In this document: positions 1 through 9,448 of the stretch, one piece after another
How the letters are laid out: each line of letters opens with the position of its first letter
How positions within the stretch are numbered: the first letter of the stretch is position 1
Source: Craspedostauros australis
Lineage: Eukaryota
NCBI GenBank assembly: GCA_030167865.1
Contig: JALAGF010000798.1
Span: 1-64,000, forward strand
Length of the DNA: 64,000 bases
Reading direction: 5' to 3'
Position numbers and translations under genes: made by a program
The notes under the pieces: model-generated
Databases searched by the model: none
What the model saw: the letters and a program-made list of their open reading frames with translations, nothing else
Told to the model about the DNA's origin: nothing

Positions 1-363
1 AGCGGTCGCCCTCCCAGGTCTCGATGTTCCACCTGCGGGTTGCTCTGCACTTTTTGCTCTCGTTGTATCGTCGTTCATCTTTTTTGCTTTGGAAAATCAG
101 GTGTTGGTGGTATCGAACCCATGAAGTTGGTCCGGTCTGATTCTTCCTCAGTCAACTATTTCGCTCTCCCGGGCGTAAGCCACAGGTTTACGTTACCATG
201 TCGAAATTCCCCGTAGTCCCAAAAGTAACGTGCTCCTGTAACGCTCAGGAGTGATCGATCATGCGCTTGCCACGTTTACGGTAGGGGGGTATTTGTTGTT
301 TCTGTACTCTATTTTGGTTCAGTCCCGTACAATCGGGAATTACTGATGTCACACATTTCGACA
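1..363 (-). mobile_element. 5' end of a probable LTR retrotransposon: 165-bp LTR (363..199), PBS (198..~184), leader, and start of a putative gag ORF (78..1) running off the window
   Basis: On the minus strand, 363..199 begins TGTCGAAAT and ends ATTTCGACA (TG...CA with a 9-bp perfect terminal inverted repeat). TGGTAACGTAAACC follows immediately (TGG-initiated, PBS-like). An ATG at 78 opens MNDDTTRAKSAEQPAGGTSRPGRATA with no stop before the edge. The second LTR and pol are not visible. Confidence 0.6.
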
Positions 364-881
364 TGAGCGCATGACAACTTCCAATCGGACCAGTCGTTCA
401 ATTTCGTCAAGACGATTCTGATCCGTTGGGGCGCAGTCTCACACAGAAATACGTGGACACAAGTTCGTCTGTCCAACATCCAATCGCCACACTCCGCGAC
501 TGATTTCAAACCCGTTTGAAACACGATCGCTGTGATGCTGGCGACAGCAACATCAGTCGTCGCTGGCTGTCGAACAGATGGACGATTCCTCCGGCACGTA
601 CCATCCACAGCAACAACAAAACAAACAGAGGCAAAAACAGAAACAGAAGGACTTGTCGACAACGGAGGCCTCAAGCCACACGCGTCGCGAACGCAGACAC
701 AACCCACCTCAACACAAAACTCCAGAGACAACGCAACGAGGCACAGCAATACCGCACCACCGTTCAACGAAACGCACACACGCACACACGCAGACTACAT
801 CCGCGCACACAAACGCATCCTGAGGGGGCAAGCGCAAGACAGAGACAGAGAAGAGAGACGAGCTGGGACCGGCAACTCACG

Positions 882-3800
882 ATGGTCGATGCGTATGAAG
901 ACTTCGAAAATGGCGACGATCAAGAGGTACGAAGAATCTGGGTGTCGGTGACGGGGAGGAATCTGCTCGATCCCTGCGTCGTCGCAGGAAGCAGCATGGC
1001 GGCATCAAGAACAGGACGGCAAACCGGATCCAAGATGGGCCACCGCCGACCGCACGATCGTCTCCGTGCCCTGCGACAACCGCAAGACGAAGCTTCCGGA
1101 GGCGGGCCCGTGAAGCGGTCCCCTGGCCCATCGTCCATGAGGGGCTGGGATGCTTCTGTTGCTTCAGGGCTGCGGGTGCTGTTCTTGTTGGAGTTTCTTT
1201 GCTCCTGCTCCTGCTGCTCCGATTCTTTTGCTACTGTTCTTGTACTTCCTGTGCGGGAGTTCGTGTCGCTGCAGCTGATTGGCGTCGCATAAGACGTTTC
1301 GCTCATATGATTCTGATGTCACCTTGCATGTCGCGAGACATGGTGCATTTATGGGAACTTCAACCACACATCAACCACACTCACGCGTTGCTGGTTTCCT
1401 TTGTGCGAATTTTGTGTCCCGCCACATTCTGCCGTACTTTCATCATTCGTTATCTGTTCACCCATTGCCTCCAATTTGACGTCCGTATCCGTATCCCTCA
1501 CAATCAACGCGCCACATATGTACTCTGCCCCATCGTTGCTGCTGACACTGCATCATCTTCCACTGTTCTACTCTATACACAATCGTACCCTATGATATCT
1601 CCGTCGCCTTTTGTCACACCTATTTCCCCAATGTTCGAACCATTCCTTTCGTCGTCCCTGATCCTCTCGCTCATCGTGGCTTCCCCGAACGAAGGGAAAC
1701 GATGACGATGAGATGGACGCCTTCGAATCGATAATGTCGTGGGACGAGAATGAGGACGATGGGGCAGACACCAACGGTGAAAGCAATGCCGCGTTGTCAG
1801 ATCAGATAGCCGGGAACAACCTCCCTGATCTGGTCTCTTTCAACTCACTGAAAGATGATGGTTTGAACGCAAACATGCTACAGCTGTTCAATCATGCGAA
1901 CGCCGCGACAGTGCAGAACCTCAACATGAACAATGGCGCCGCAGTTGGTCTCGATTCCTCTGTTCTTTCAATCCCAATGCCAAATCCTGTCCAAGGCGGG
2001 AACAACGAATCATCGACACTTGCAGAATCACAGTCGATGCCCCTCGTTGGTGCCGGAGCATCTTCAGCGACACCCGCGACGATGGGAGCGCCACCAGCTT
2101 CTGCCCTCCAACACTCCTTGCCGGCGTCACAGCAGCCCCAATCGACGTCTTTCCCACAGCACCAGAACACGCAGAACCTGCAGCATGAATTCCCAAACAG
2201 TACCAACCAACCAAGGAAGAAGCAAAGGGTCCACAACAAGAGCCATCCCTCCAGCTTCACATCATCAAAGACAAAGCAAAAGACTGAAGCTCTTAGTTGT
2301 GGCCAGCAGCAGCGGAGACGGCAAAACTCAAAACAACACAAATCAATGGCTCGATCACAGACAAAGCCACATGCTCAGACACAGATTCAGCCTACTCCAC
2401 AACAGCAGCAACAACAACACCAACAACAACACCAACAACAACAGTTCGTCCAGCCCGCGAACATGATCGCCGCGTCGCAGCCGGCACCACAGCCGCAGAC
2501 ACAGCAAGATGGGAACCAAGCAGCAGCGCAGGGCGCCTCGCAGAACGCTCTGAACCAACGAGGTGCGCTATCGCTGTCGATGTACCAGCAAGGGGCTCTG
2601 CTTGCGCAATCTCGGATTGTCAAGCAGCAACATCACCATGCACCGACCGCACCACCGCAGCAGCAACAACAGCAGCAGCAGCTCCAGATGCCACAACCAA
2701 CTCAGGTGCAGGGGCATACACAAGGACAAGTCCAGGTGCAACCGCAGCAACAACAACTGTCGCTTGCCTCTGTTGTCCCACAGAGCATGCTGCAAAGCGT
2801 CGCTGCGACTATACAAAGCCAACAAGCGCATCAACCTTTTGGTCTTGCGAACAGTCAAAATGCTGTGCGTCAAATTCAGCTCGCGCAGCTGCACCAGCGA
2901 TACAACGCTGCACAAGCGGGAGCGGCACCGATGCAGCAGCCCTTCATGTCTCGCGTAGCAGGAGTCGCTTCGCTCCCCGCGCAGCAGGCCCCAGCCCCTG
3001 CGTCATCCACACAAGCGCAAGCGGATTCCAAGAAGATGATTCCGCAGACGACGCTCAGCGCGCAGCATCAGGCGAGCAGCGTGGCAGCGGTGGCGAGTCT
3101 GCAACAGCCCAGGCAGGCCGTTGTATCTGCCAGCGATACAGACGGAGAATTGACCTCGTCGCTTACACTGGCGAGAGGAGATCGCAAGGGAGCATCGCTC
3201 TTGTCATCCACATCTGCGTCGCTGGCGGCGTCTTTGTCAACACGAAAGCGAGCCGACCCAATCGACACTTCGAACATGACACCTGAAGACAGAGCGAGGA
3301 TCAACAGGGACAGGAACAGAGAGCATGCTCGGAATACAAGAATGCGCAAGAAAGCATACCTGGAGAAGCTGAAGAGCATGGTAGAAGATCTTTGCAGAGA
3401 GCGCGACACACTCATGTCTGAACGAGCTGGTGCCGCCAACATCCTAGTGGAGATGCACAACACGAGGACAGAGGTGCTCATGTCTTTCTTCGCGCTCCGC
3501 TCGGCCAACGAAAAACGACGAGAGCTTTGGGCGAGCATCCTCGACGAGAGCTGTTTTGCTTGCGTCATCCCCGTCACGCCGTACAGATCCTTTCCTGCCA
3601 GTGAGGTCCAAGTATCGAAATGTCAACGCACGATCTTGGGAATCGACGGGATGATGGCAGACACGGCATCGTTGCACGTCCTGCTCAACTCCCTCGTAGA
3701 TCGCTCGCGCTATCCGAACGCGACGATCAAATTCCGGTATACTCTCGTGACAGAGGAGGCTGTGGTGGCTGGCAATCAGATGATGGCGCGTTGGGTCATG

Positions 3801-4361
3801 ACAACGGAAAACGCAGCGCAGTGCGGCGCTCGCATGGAGGTGACCAAGCAGGGCATGCTATGCTGCAAGTTCAACAGCGCACACAAGATCATCGGTCTAG
3901 AGCTCATGTTCGACGTGATGGCATTAATGCTGCAGTTGAAGCAGGCGGCAGGGTCGGACACATTCTCGGTCGTCCCGAACACTGTCCAGACATGCCAACG
4001 AAACTTCGATATGCCCATGCTGATGATGCTTGCCGATGAGCCTTACACCATCGTGCAAGTCAACAAGCTGTGGGAAAACATGAGCAACTACCAGGCTGAG
4101 CAAGTTGTGGGGAAGTCATCGTGCAGGATTCTGGAGGGAGAAGCCACGGATCCCACAGCGGTCGAAGCATTGATCAACGAAATCCGGTACAAGCGCCCAG
4201 CTTCGGCGATGGTCGTGCACTACAAGAAGACTGGGGAGAGGTTCCGCAACTTTTTCCTTGCATTTCCCTTGAGCACCGATTCCAGAATCACTCATTACCT
4301 CATGCTGTCCACGCATGTGGAGCCCATCGCGACGGTTCTGCCTACTCCGAAAGACATTTGA
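882..4361 (+). CDS. bZIP transcription factor with Gln-rich N-terminus, central NTF2/SnoaL-like region and C-terminal PAS (LOV-like) domain. Main ORF 1713..4361; probable extra 5' exon 882..926 spliced to 1695
   Basis: Basic region and zipper RINRDRNREHARNTRMRKKAYLEKLKSMVEDL. C-terminal PAS PYTIVQVNKLWENMSNYQAEQVVGKSSCRILEG...HYKKTGERFRN. The putative exon MVDAYEDFENGDDQE|gtacga joins in phase 0 to aag|GNDDDEMDAFE, giving a continuous acidic N-terminus (5' exon inferred). Confidence 0.88.
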
Positions 4362-5232
4362 GGAAGCAACCACGGTGGTTGGCACCAAGGCCTGCTTCTT
4401 GAGCCCGAGTCTCCGATGCTCTGAGCAGCAGCCCGGCATCCAGTTAGCATTCCGGGCACATGCAGCAGTGGCAAACAGGAGGTCGGCTCTGACCGGACCA
4501 GATCCAGCCGAGCGACTACCGCAAGAACACAGCACCGCCGGCGCCACCACCACCATCCAGGAAGGCTTCTGCTCTCGCTCTCCCTCATTTGGAGACAATG
4601 GTACGATGAGCTTCGCCTCAGATCGAGGCATGAGTCACCAGCCAGTCAGACAAGTAGCAAAGCAGATTTCATGAAAGACATATAATACGTTGTAGATAGG
4701 ATTTTTACCCACGCTGCTCCAGCTTCTGCTCGTCCTCTTGTTTTGGGTCGGATCTTCAACCTTTTCGCATTCATGAGTGCATGGGTGCATGTCAGGTTGG
4801 CCTGCACAATAGAGTAGATACTTGTCCGACGCCGAGCCCACATCTTTCTCAAAAACAAGCATCCATTCGCAAAACTCTACGGAGGCAATGTTTCAGGCCA
4901 AAACAGCAGTGTGGAAGATGTCCGAGGCCATCGCGTTGACTACACGCACACGTGTTCGTATCTCCCATAATAGATCCGGTAGAGTACAGTGCAGTCGCAT
5001 GGTCTTGGCCACGGCGGCGACTGCAATATCTTTATCAACAATGTGGACGACTCCACGATTAGCATGCCTTCGGAAAACGAGACTGCGCCAGCGGAGCATC
5101 TGAAAAGCAATACATACATAGATAGATGCCAGCACAAGTGCCATACATGAATGCACATGTGTGCGGTGCAACGAAACAACCGCCTCCGCGAAGATCCAAT
5201 ACTTCTACAACAGCCGATCAATCTCTCTCCCC

Positions 5233-5256
5233 AGAGAGAGAGAGAGAGAGAGAGAG
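5233..5256. repeat. (AG)12 microsatellite
   Basis: Directly visible. Confidence 0.95.
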
Positions 5257-5422
5257 AAGGCACCGGTGAAAACCAAATGCACTTGGCGGCATTCGTTTCT
5301 TTTAACCATTAGCCCCGGTTTTCATACTTCTCAATCTAGCTCTCAATTCCATCCCTACTTTCCGTCTTTCCAGCACGATGAATGGGTTCGCATATTTCGA
5401 GTTGCCGCTGTGTGCTCTTCGT

Positions 5423-6368
5423 TCAAATACCGTCGGACGACTTGACCCATGCCTCTTCTTCAATCACATTGCGGTCTTCCTTTCGGCCCGCGAGCATCTC
5501 AGTATTCTTGATGTCATTCTTGATCGCATCAATCAGCTTATCCAGACCTTCGAAGGGAAGTTCTGGGCGCAAGTACCCAACAAGGGATAGCCTGATCGTT
5601 TGGTCGTAGAAGTCCTTCAGGATCGTCTCCTGGCAGCTGGAAACATGCCGACGGCTATCGCTCTCTGGTGCGATCAGATGAGGTTCAATTGTTTTCGTCT
5701 TGTTCTTGTATGTTGGGTTGTAGCCAATCGAGCATGCGGTTTTGTAAACGTTGCCTTCGTCGCCAATTCTGGCAAAACCCCAATAGATACCTGGACGTTG
5801 CGGCAGGAGTGGAGCGACGCCACGTTTCATCGAGGTGTCAACGAGTTTGAATGAATCCCAAGGTCGGCGCAAAAAGAAAGGCATCATCAGCAAGGGTACA
5901 AAGTGAGGGCAGGGTTGGGAAGCTTCAGCCACAGCGCCTTTCCTTCAGCAAGCCTGCGATCTCATGCGATCATGCATCATTATCTTTGGCAGATCATCAC
6001 GCACCGCACGATTGCGCAGAAATCTTCAGACTGAACGATGCAAGACTCCACCACATAACCGCACCGGCATACTTGTACTGCCATGCCATACTATCATGGT
6101 CCGCATGAAAGGCACAGGCTCACATATCCACCACAAGCGTTGTCCACACACCTGTGGGTAGGTCGTCAAAGTTGGTATCGCCAAACTGCCCGCCCTCTGC
6201 AGAGAGATTAGCCGTCGGGATGCCGAGCTCTGAGCTGCCGCGGCCGAACCCGCGCACGACCTGGCTGATCATGCGCAGCGGGAACTTCATCCGCTCATGC
6301 ACCTGGCTGCCCACTTTCACGCTCTCCTCCGCGTCTGTTGCTGGCTCTGATGACATCCCGTCCGCCAT
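5423..6368 (-). CDS. RFK: Riboflavin kinase (FMN1/RFK family); exons 6368..6152 and 5790..5423
   Basis: VVRGFGRGSSELGIPTANL, then LPTG|IYWGFA across a GT-AG intron (6151..5791), SIGYNPTYKN...TIEPHL, DFYDQTIRLSLVGYLRPE and LIDAIKNDI. Spliced length 585 nt keeps frame. Confidence 0.95.
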
Positions 6369-6973
6369 GATGGTCCGGTCAATGCACTTGCGGTTATCCT
6401 ACGCGATCTTCTGTCCCGTCCACGCAGGAGAGGGGGTTCGATGTTGGTCTTGGCGCTGCTGTTGCCAGTGTGGGTGCGTCTGTTGTTGGCCCTCTCCGGA
6501 GGGGCGCCGGAAGTCATCTCCGCAGTCGCGTTCTCATGTTTTGTTTCGTTTCGTTTCGTTTCTTTCCGCAGCCTGGCGTTCTCGTCCCTGACGCGCTCCG
6601 GCCACCGAAAAGACAGATGGCGTTCTGCGTCATAGATTTCGACTGACCGCCGACGGTGTGGCAAAACCTCTGAGGATACCATCGGCACCAACAGTAGAAC
6701 AAACCCATCACAGTCCCGTCATGGTATCTCGTTGTGGGCGTGCACCTTGGCTCTACTCAACTGATGGGCCGTACGCCACCATGCATACCATAGCTCGTAT
6801 AATACATGCTATTACAGTATTATTCTATTCCATAAGATTATTCTATGATACGAGCACACCTTGTGTTTGCTACATGTGACCTCTCGCACATACCATCACG
6901 CGTACATGCTTCCGGAGTGTACTACTATTCGTCCGCATACTTGTACACACTCGTACGAACTTGGCGATCAACC

Positions 6974-8731
6974 ATGATGATCCTTCTCCCGCCGCCGACA
7001 ACCTGCCCAGTCCTACATGCTGTCGTTTGTTTCGTGGCAGCAGCCATCATCTGCGTCGCAAGGGGGAATGCATACACCGTCTGTGCCTTCTCCCCACCGA
7101 TTGGAGGTGCGCCAACGTCGACACTTACGATTGCACGCCGCGTATCAGTCAGAAGCACTGCCACTCTCTTCGCTGCTGATCGTGCTCGCCACAGTAGCAG
7201 GACCCACTCCAAAGACAGCGCAAGAAAGCATCATCCAGCTTCTGTTGGACAGGCCATCCAGGATGCCGAAACGATCCCCCAGCTTTTGGATGTCGCATCT
7301 GACATGTGGTTGCCTGACGATGCGCATTTGGCATCGCATCTTGCCACCCAGCGCGTCCACCATGAGAAACGACAGAGATGGGCGAGCCAGCTGCTCACAA
7401 AGCTATCTCTGCTTCTGACATCGCAAGACCTCGGGGATGGTCACGCCGCCAAGTGGATCCGCCCGAACCAGCTAGAGCGTGCCATTTTGGCGGCTGCAAT
7501 GCCATTCGACGATGAGCCGGCCCTTCCCGAAAAGGAAGGAAACTGCATTTCGGACGCTCTCAAGGCTATCCATTCGATCCTGGGTCGATGTGAGGAATGC
7601 ACCGGAGGATTGGAAGTGCTTTCATTGACACCGAGAACCACCCAGGCAATTGTCATGCTCGTGCACAGAATCCATGCCATTCTTGATGGGTTGTCCTTGC
7701 GAAGCGTTTGCGAATTGCGCTGGGCCATCCAAGGGATCAAGTGTCGGCTGCTGCACCACCAAGTCATGGTTGCCAACGCGGGAGAAGATGTGGAATTGAC
7801 TGCCTCATCCATGGATCTGTCTGCATTCCATTCGAGAACGGCTGAATTGCCATTTGACATCATTCCAAAAGCACTCGACTGGCGTCGCATCTGCGCATCT
7901 GCACATCGCAGCGATGCCGCAATTCTGCTGCTACGCGAAGCAATTCCATTTTCGAAGGACACCATCGTGACACGCACGGGAAAGTCCGTCAAGGAACGAC
8001 GTGGCACCGCCTGGCTGGCCGATAATGGCATTGGCGCATTGGCATACAGTGGGAAATTGATGCAGCCACAACCCATCCCTGACATCCTCAACGATGTCAT
8101 GAAGGCCACAGAAAGTCAGCTGGGCCTGCAGCATGGCTTCTTTGATTGCGTTTTGTGCAATCATTATCCAGATGGCGATTCCGCTTGCAAATTCCACACA
8201 GATCCTGAACATGGAACACACTGGGACCGGATGACAGTCGTCGTGGCCGCAGGGGAGGATCGCAAATTTGCATTCCGACCCATCCCTCAGCTGTCACAGT
8301 GGGAGGAATGGGATCCAAACTCAACGCGATCGGACCGCTCACCGACGTCCAATTTTGGCGTGGAGAACTTGGCGGCGGCCACCCATTTGTTCTCAGGAGA
8401 CTTGGTGATAATGAAAGGCGCATGCAACGACCTCTTTCATCATGCCGTGCACGCATCCGATAGCGATCAACCAGGCGAACGAGTCAGCCTCGTGCTCAAG
8501 CGCGCGATTGATCGCGGTGGTGGGAAACGAGGCCACAGTCTTCGCGGGGAAGGGCGAAGGTCAAGGAAGCCAGGTGCGCCACGTGTTCTGCGCAAGACTT
8601 CAGTAGAGGACCACAGAAGACCACAGTCGCCATCCAGGAATGCAGAACGGCGCAGGAGAAGGACTGCGGCGGCCATGGCGGCGACAGCAACGACGACAAC
8701 GACGACAAACAGAAATAGTAAGAAGAAATGA
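6974..8731 (+). CDS. AlkB-family 2OG-Fe(II) dioxygenase (ALKBH2/3-like) with long helical N-terminal extension; probably plastid-targeted
   Basis: RRGTAWLAD...YSGK; LCNHYPDGDSACKFHTD (HxD), HHAV (distal His), RVSLVLKR (2OG-binding Arg). N-terminal hydrophobic stretch, then VCA-FSP and a Ser/Thr/Arg-rich transit-like segment. Confidence 0.8.
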   Translation: MMILLPPPTTCPVLHAVVCFVAAAIICVARGNAYTVCAFSPPIGGAPTSTLTIARRVSVRSTATLFAADRARHSSRTHSKDSARKHHPASVGQAIQDAETIPQLLDVASDMWLPDDAHLASHLATQRVHHEKRQRWASQLLTKLSLLLTSQDLGDGHAAKWIRPNQLERAILAAAMPFDDEPALPEKEGNCISDALKAIHSILGRCEECTGGLEVLSLTPRTTQAIVMLVHRIHAILDGLSLRSVCELRWAIQGIKCRLLHHQVMVANAGEDVELTASSMDLSAFHSRTAELPFDIIPKALDWRRICASAHRSDAAILLLREAIPFSKDTIVTRTGKSVKERRGTAWLADNGIGALAYSGKLMQPQPIPDILNDVMKATESQLGLQHGFFDCVLCNHYPDGDSACKFHTDPEHGTHWDRMTVVVAAGEDRKFAFRPIPQLSQWEEWDPNSTRSDRSPTSNFGVENLAAATHLFSGDLVIMKGACNDLFHHAVHASDSDQPGERVSLVLKRAIDRGGGKRGHSLRGEGRRSRKPGAPRVLRKTSVEDHRRPQSPSRNAERRRRRTAAAMAATATTTTTTNRNSKKK

Positions 8732-9006
8732 GTTCGTTTCCATCAAATTGTAACGGCGCTATGATGTGACGGCATTGACAAATGCCGTACGACGTATACG
8801 AGCTGCGAGCGGAGTACGGTACGAGTTACAGGAGAGCAAGCCATGTGCGCTGCGCCGCGTCACCCGCGAAGTGATGGTACCATGACGATCGACGATCAGG
8901 CATATTAGCACCAATACTACTACGAGCCGAGTGGAGCAGAACAGAGCAGAGGAGAGGAGAGAGGCACTCTTGACCACAATTTTTGACGGCCTCGGCACAA
9001 GAGCTG

Positions 9007-9083
9007 CCCCTCGAGAAAGATACCAATTCCGTCTGACACCACCCCTCGAGAAAGATACCAATTCCATCTGACGCCACCCCTCG
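9007..9083. repeat. 35-bp tandem repeat, about 2.2 copies
   Basis: cccctcgagaaagataccaattccgtctgacacca (9007-9041), cccctcgagaaagataccaattccatctgacgcca (9042-9076), then cccctcg. Confidence 0.9.
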
Positions 9084-9448
9084 CCCAAAAAAATCACGAG
9101 GGGACATCAGGAGCACCTCGTACATCCACCACCAACGCAAGGCCGCGAACATCATACTGGAGTAGCTCGCATTCGGAGGAGCAATAGTAACTCACCTTTG
9201 GGGAGAGGACATCACGCAGTGGCTGATGCGAGTTCAGAGGGTCACAGCCGGCGCCCACGATTGTCAAACCTAAGAGAGCGAAGTCGTACTGTACTTGTAC
9301 CTTCTTGCCGTGACTTGCGCACGCCATCCATTGATTTGGTGTACCCGCCATCATTACGAACGCTGAACTCGTCGGGCCAAAGGCTGGAGAAGAGGCATAG
9401 ACGTCTTCCAAAGAACACCGTCTGCCAACAGTGTGCCCAGATTGCAAC

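Noticed and set aside
100-135. GGTTCGAT T-loop-like motif on the minus strand (tRNA?)
   Set aside because: T-stem does not pair beyond 2 bp and no cloverleaf forms; better explained as retroelement leader.
1713-4361. Calling the bZIP-PAS gene an aureochrome
   Set aside because: A large extra domain separates bZIP and PAS, and the LOV consensus is degenerate at several flavin-contact residues.
9007-9083. CRISPR-like 35-bp direct repeats
   Set aside because: Head-to-tail with no spacers, only ~2 copies, no cas genes, eukaryotic context.
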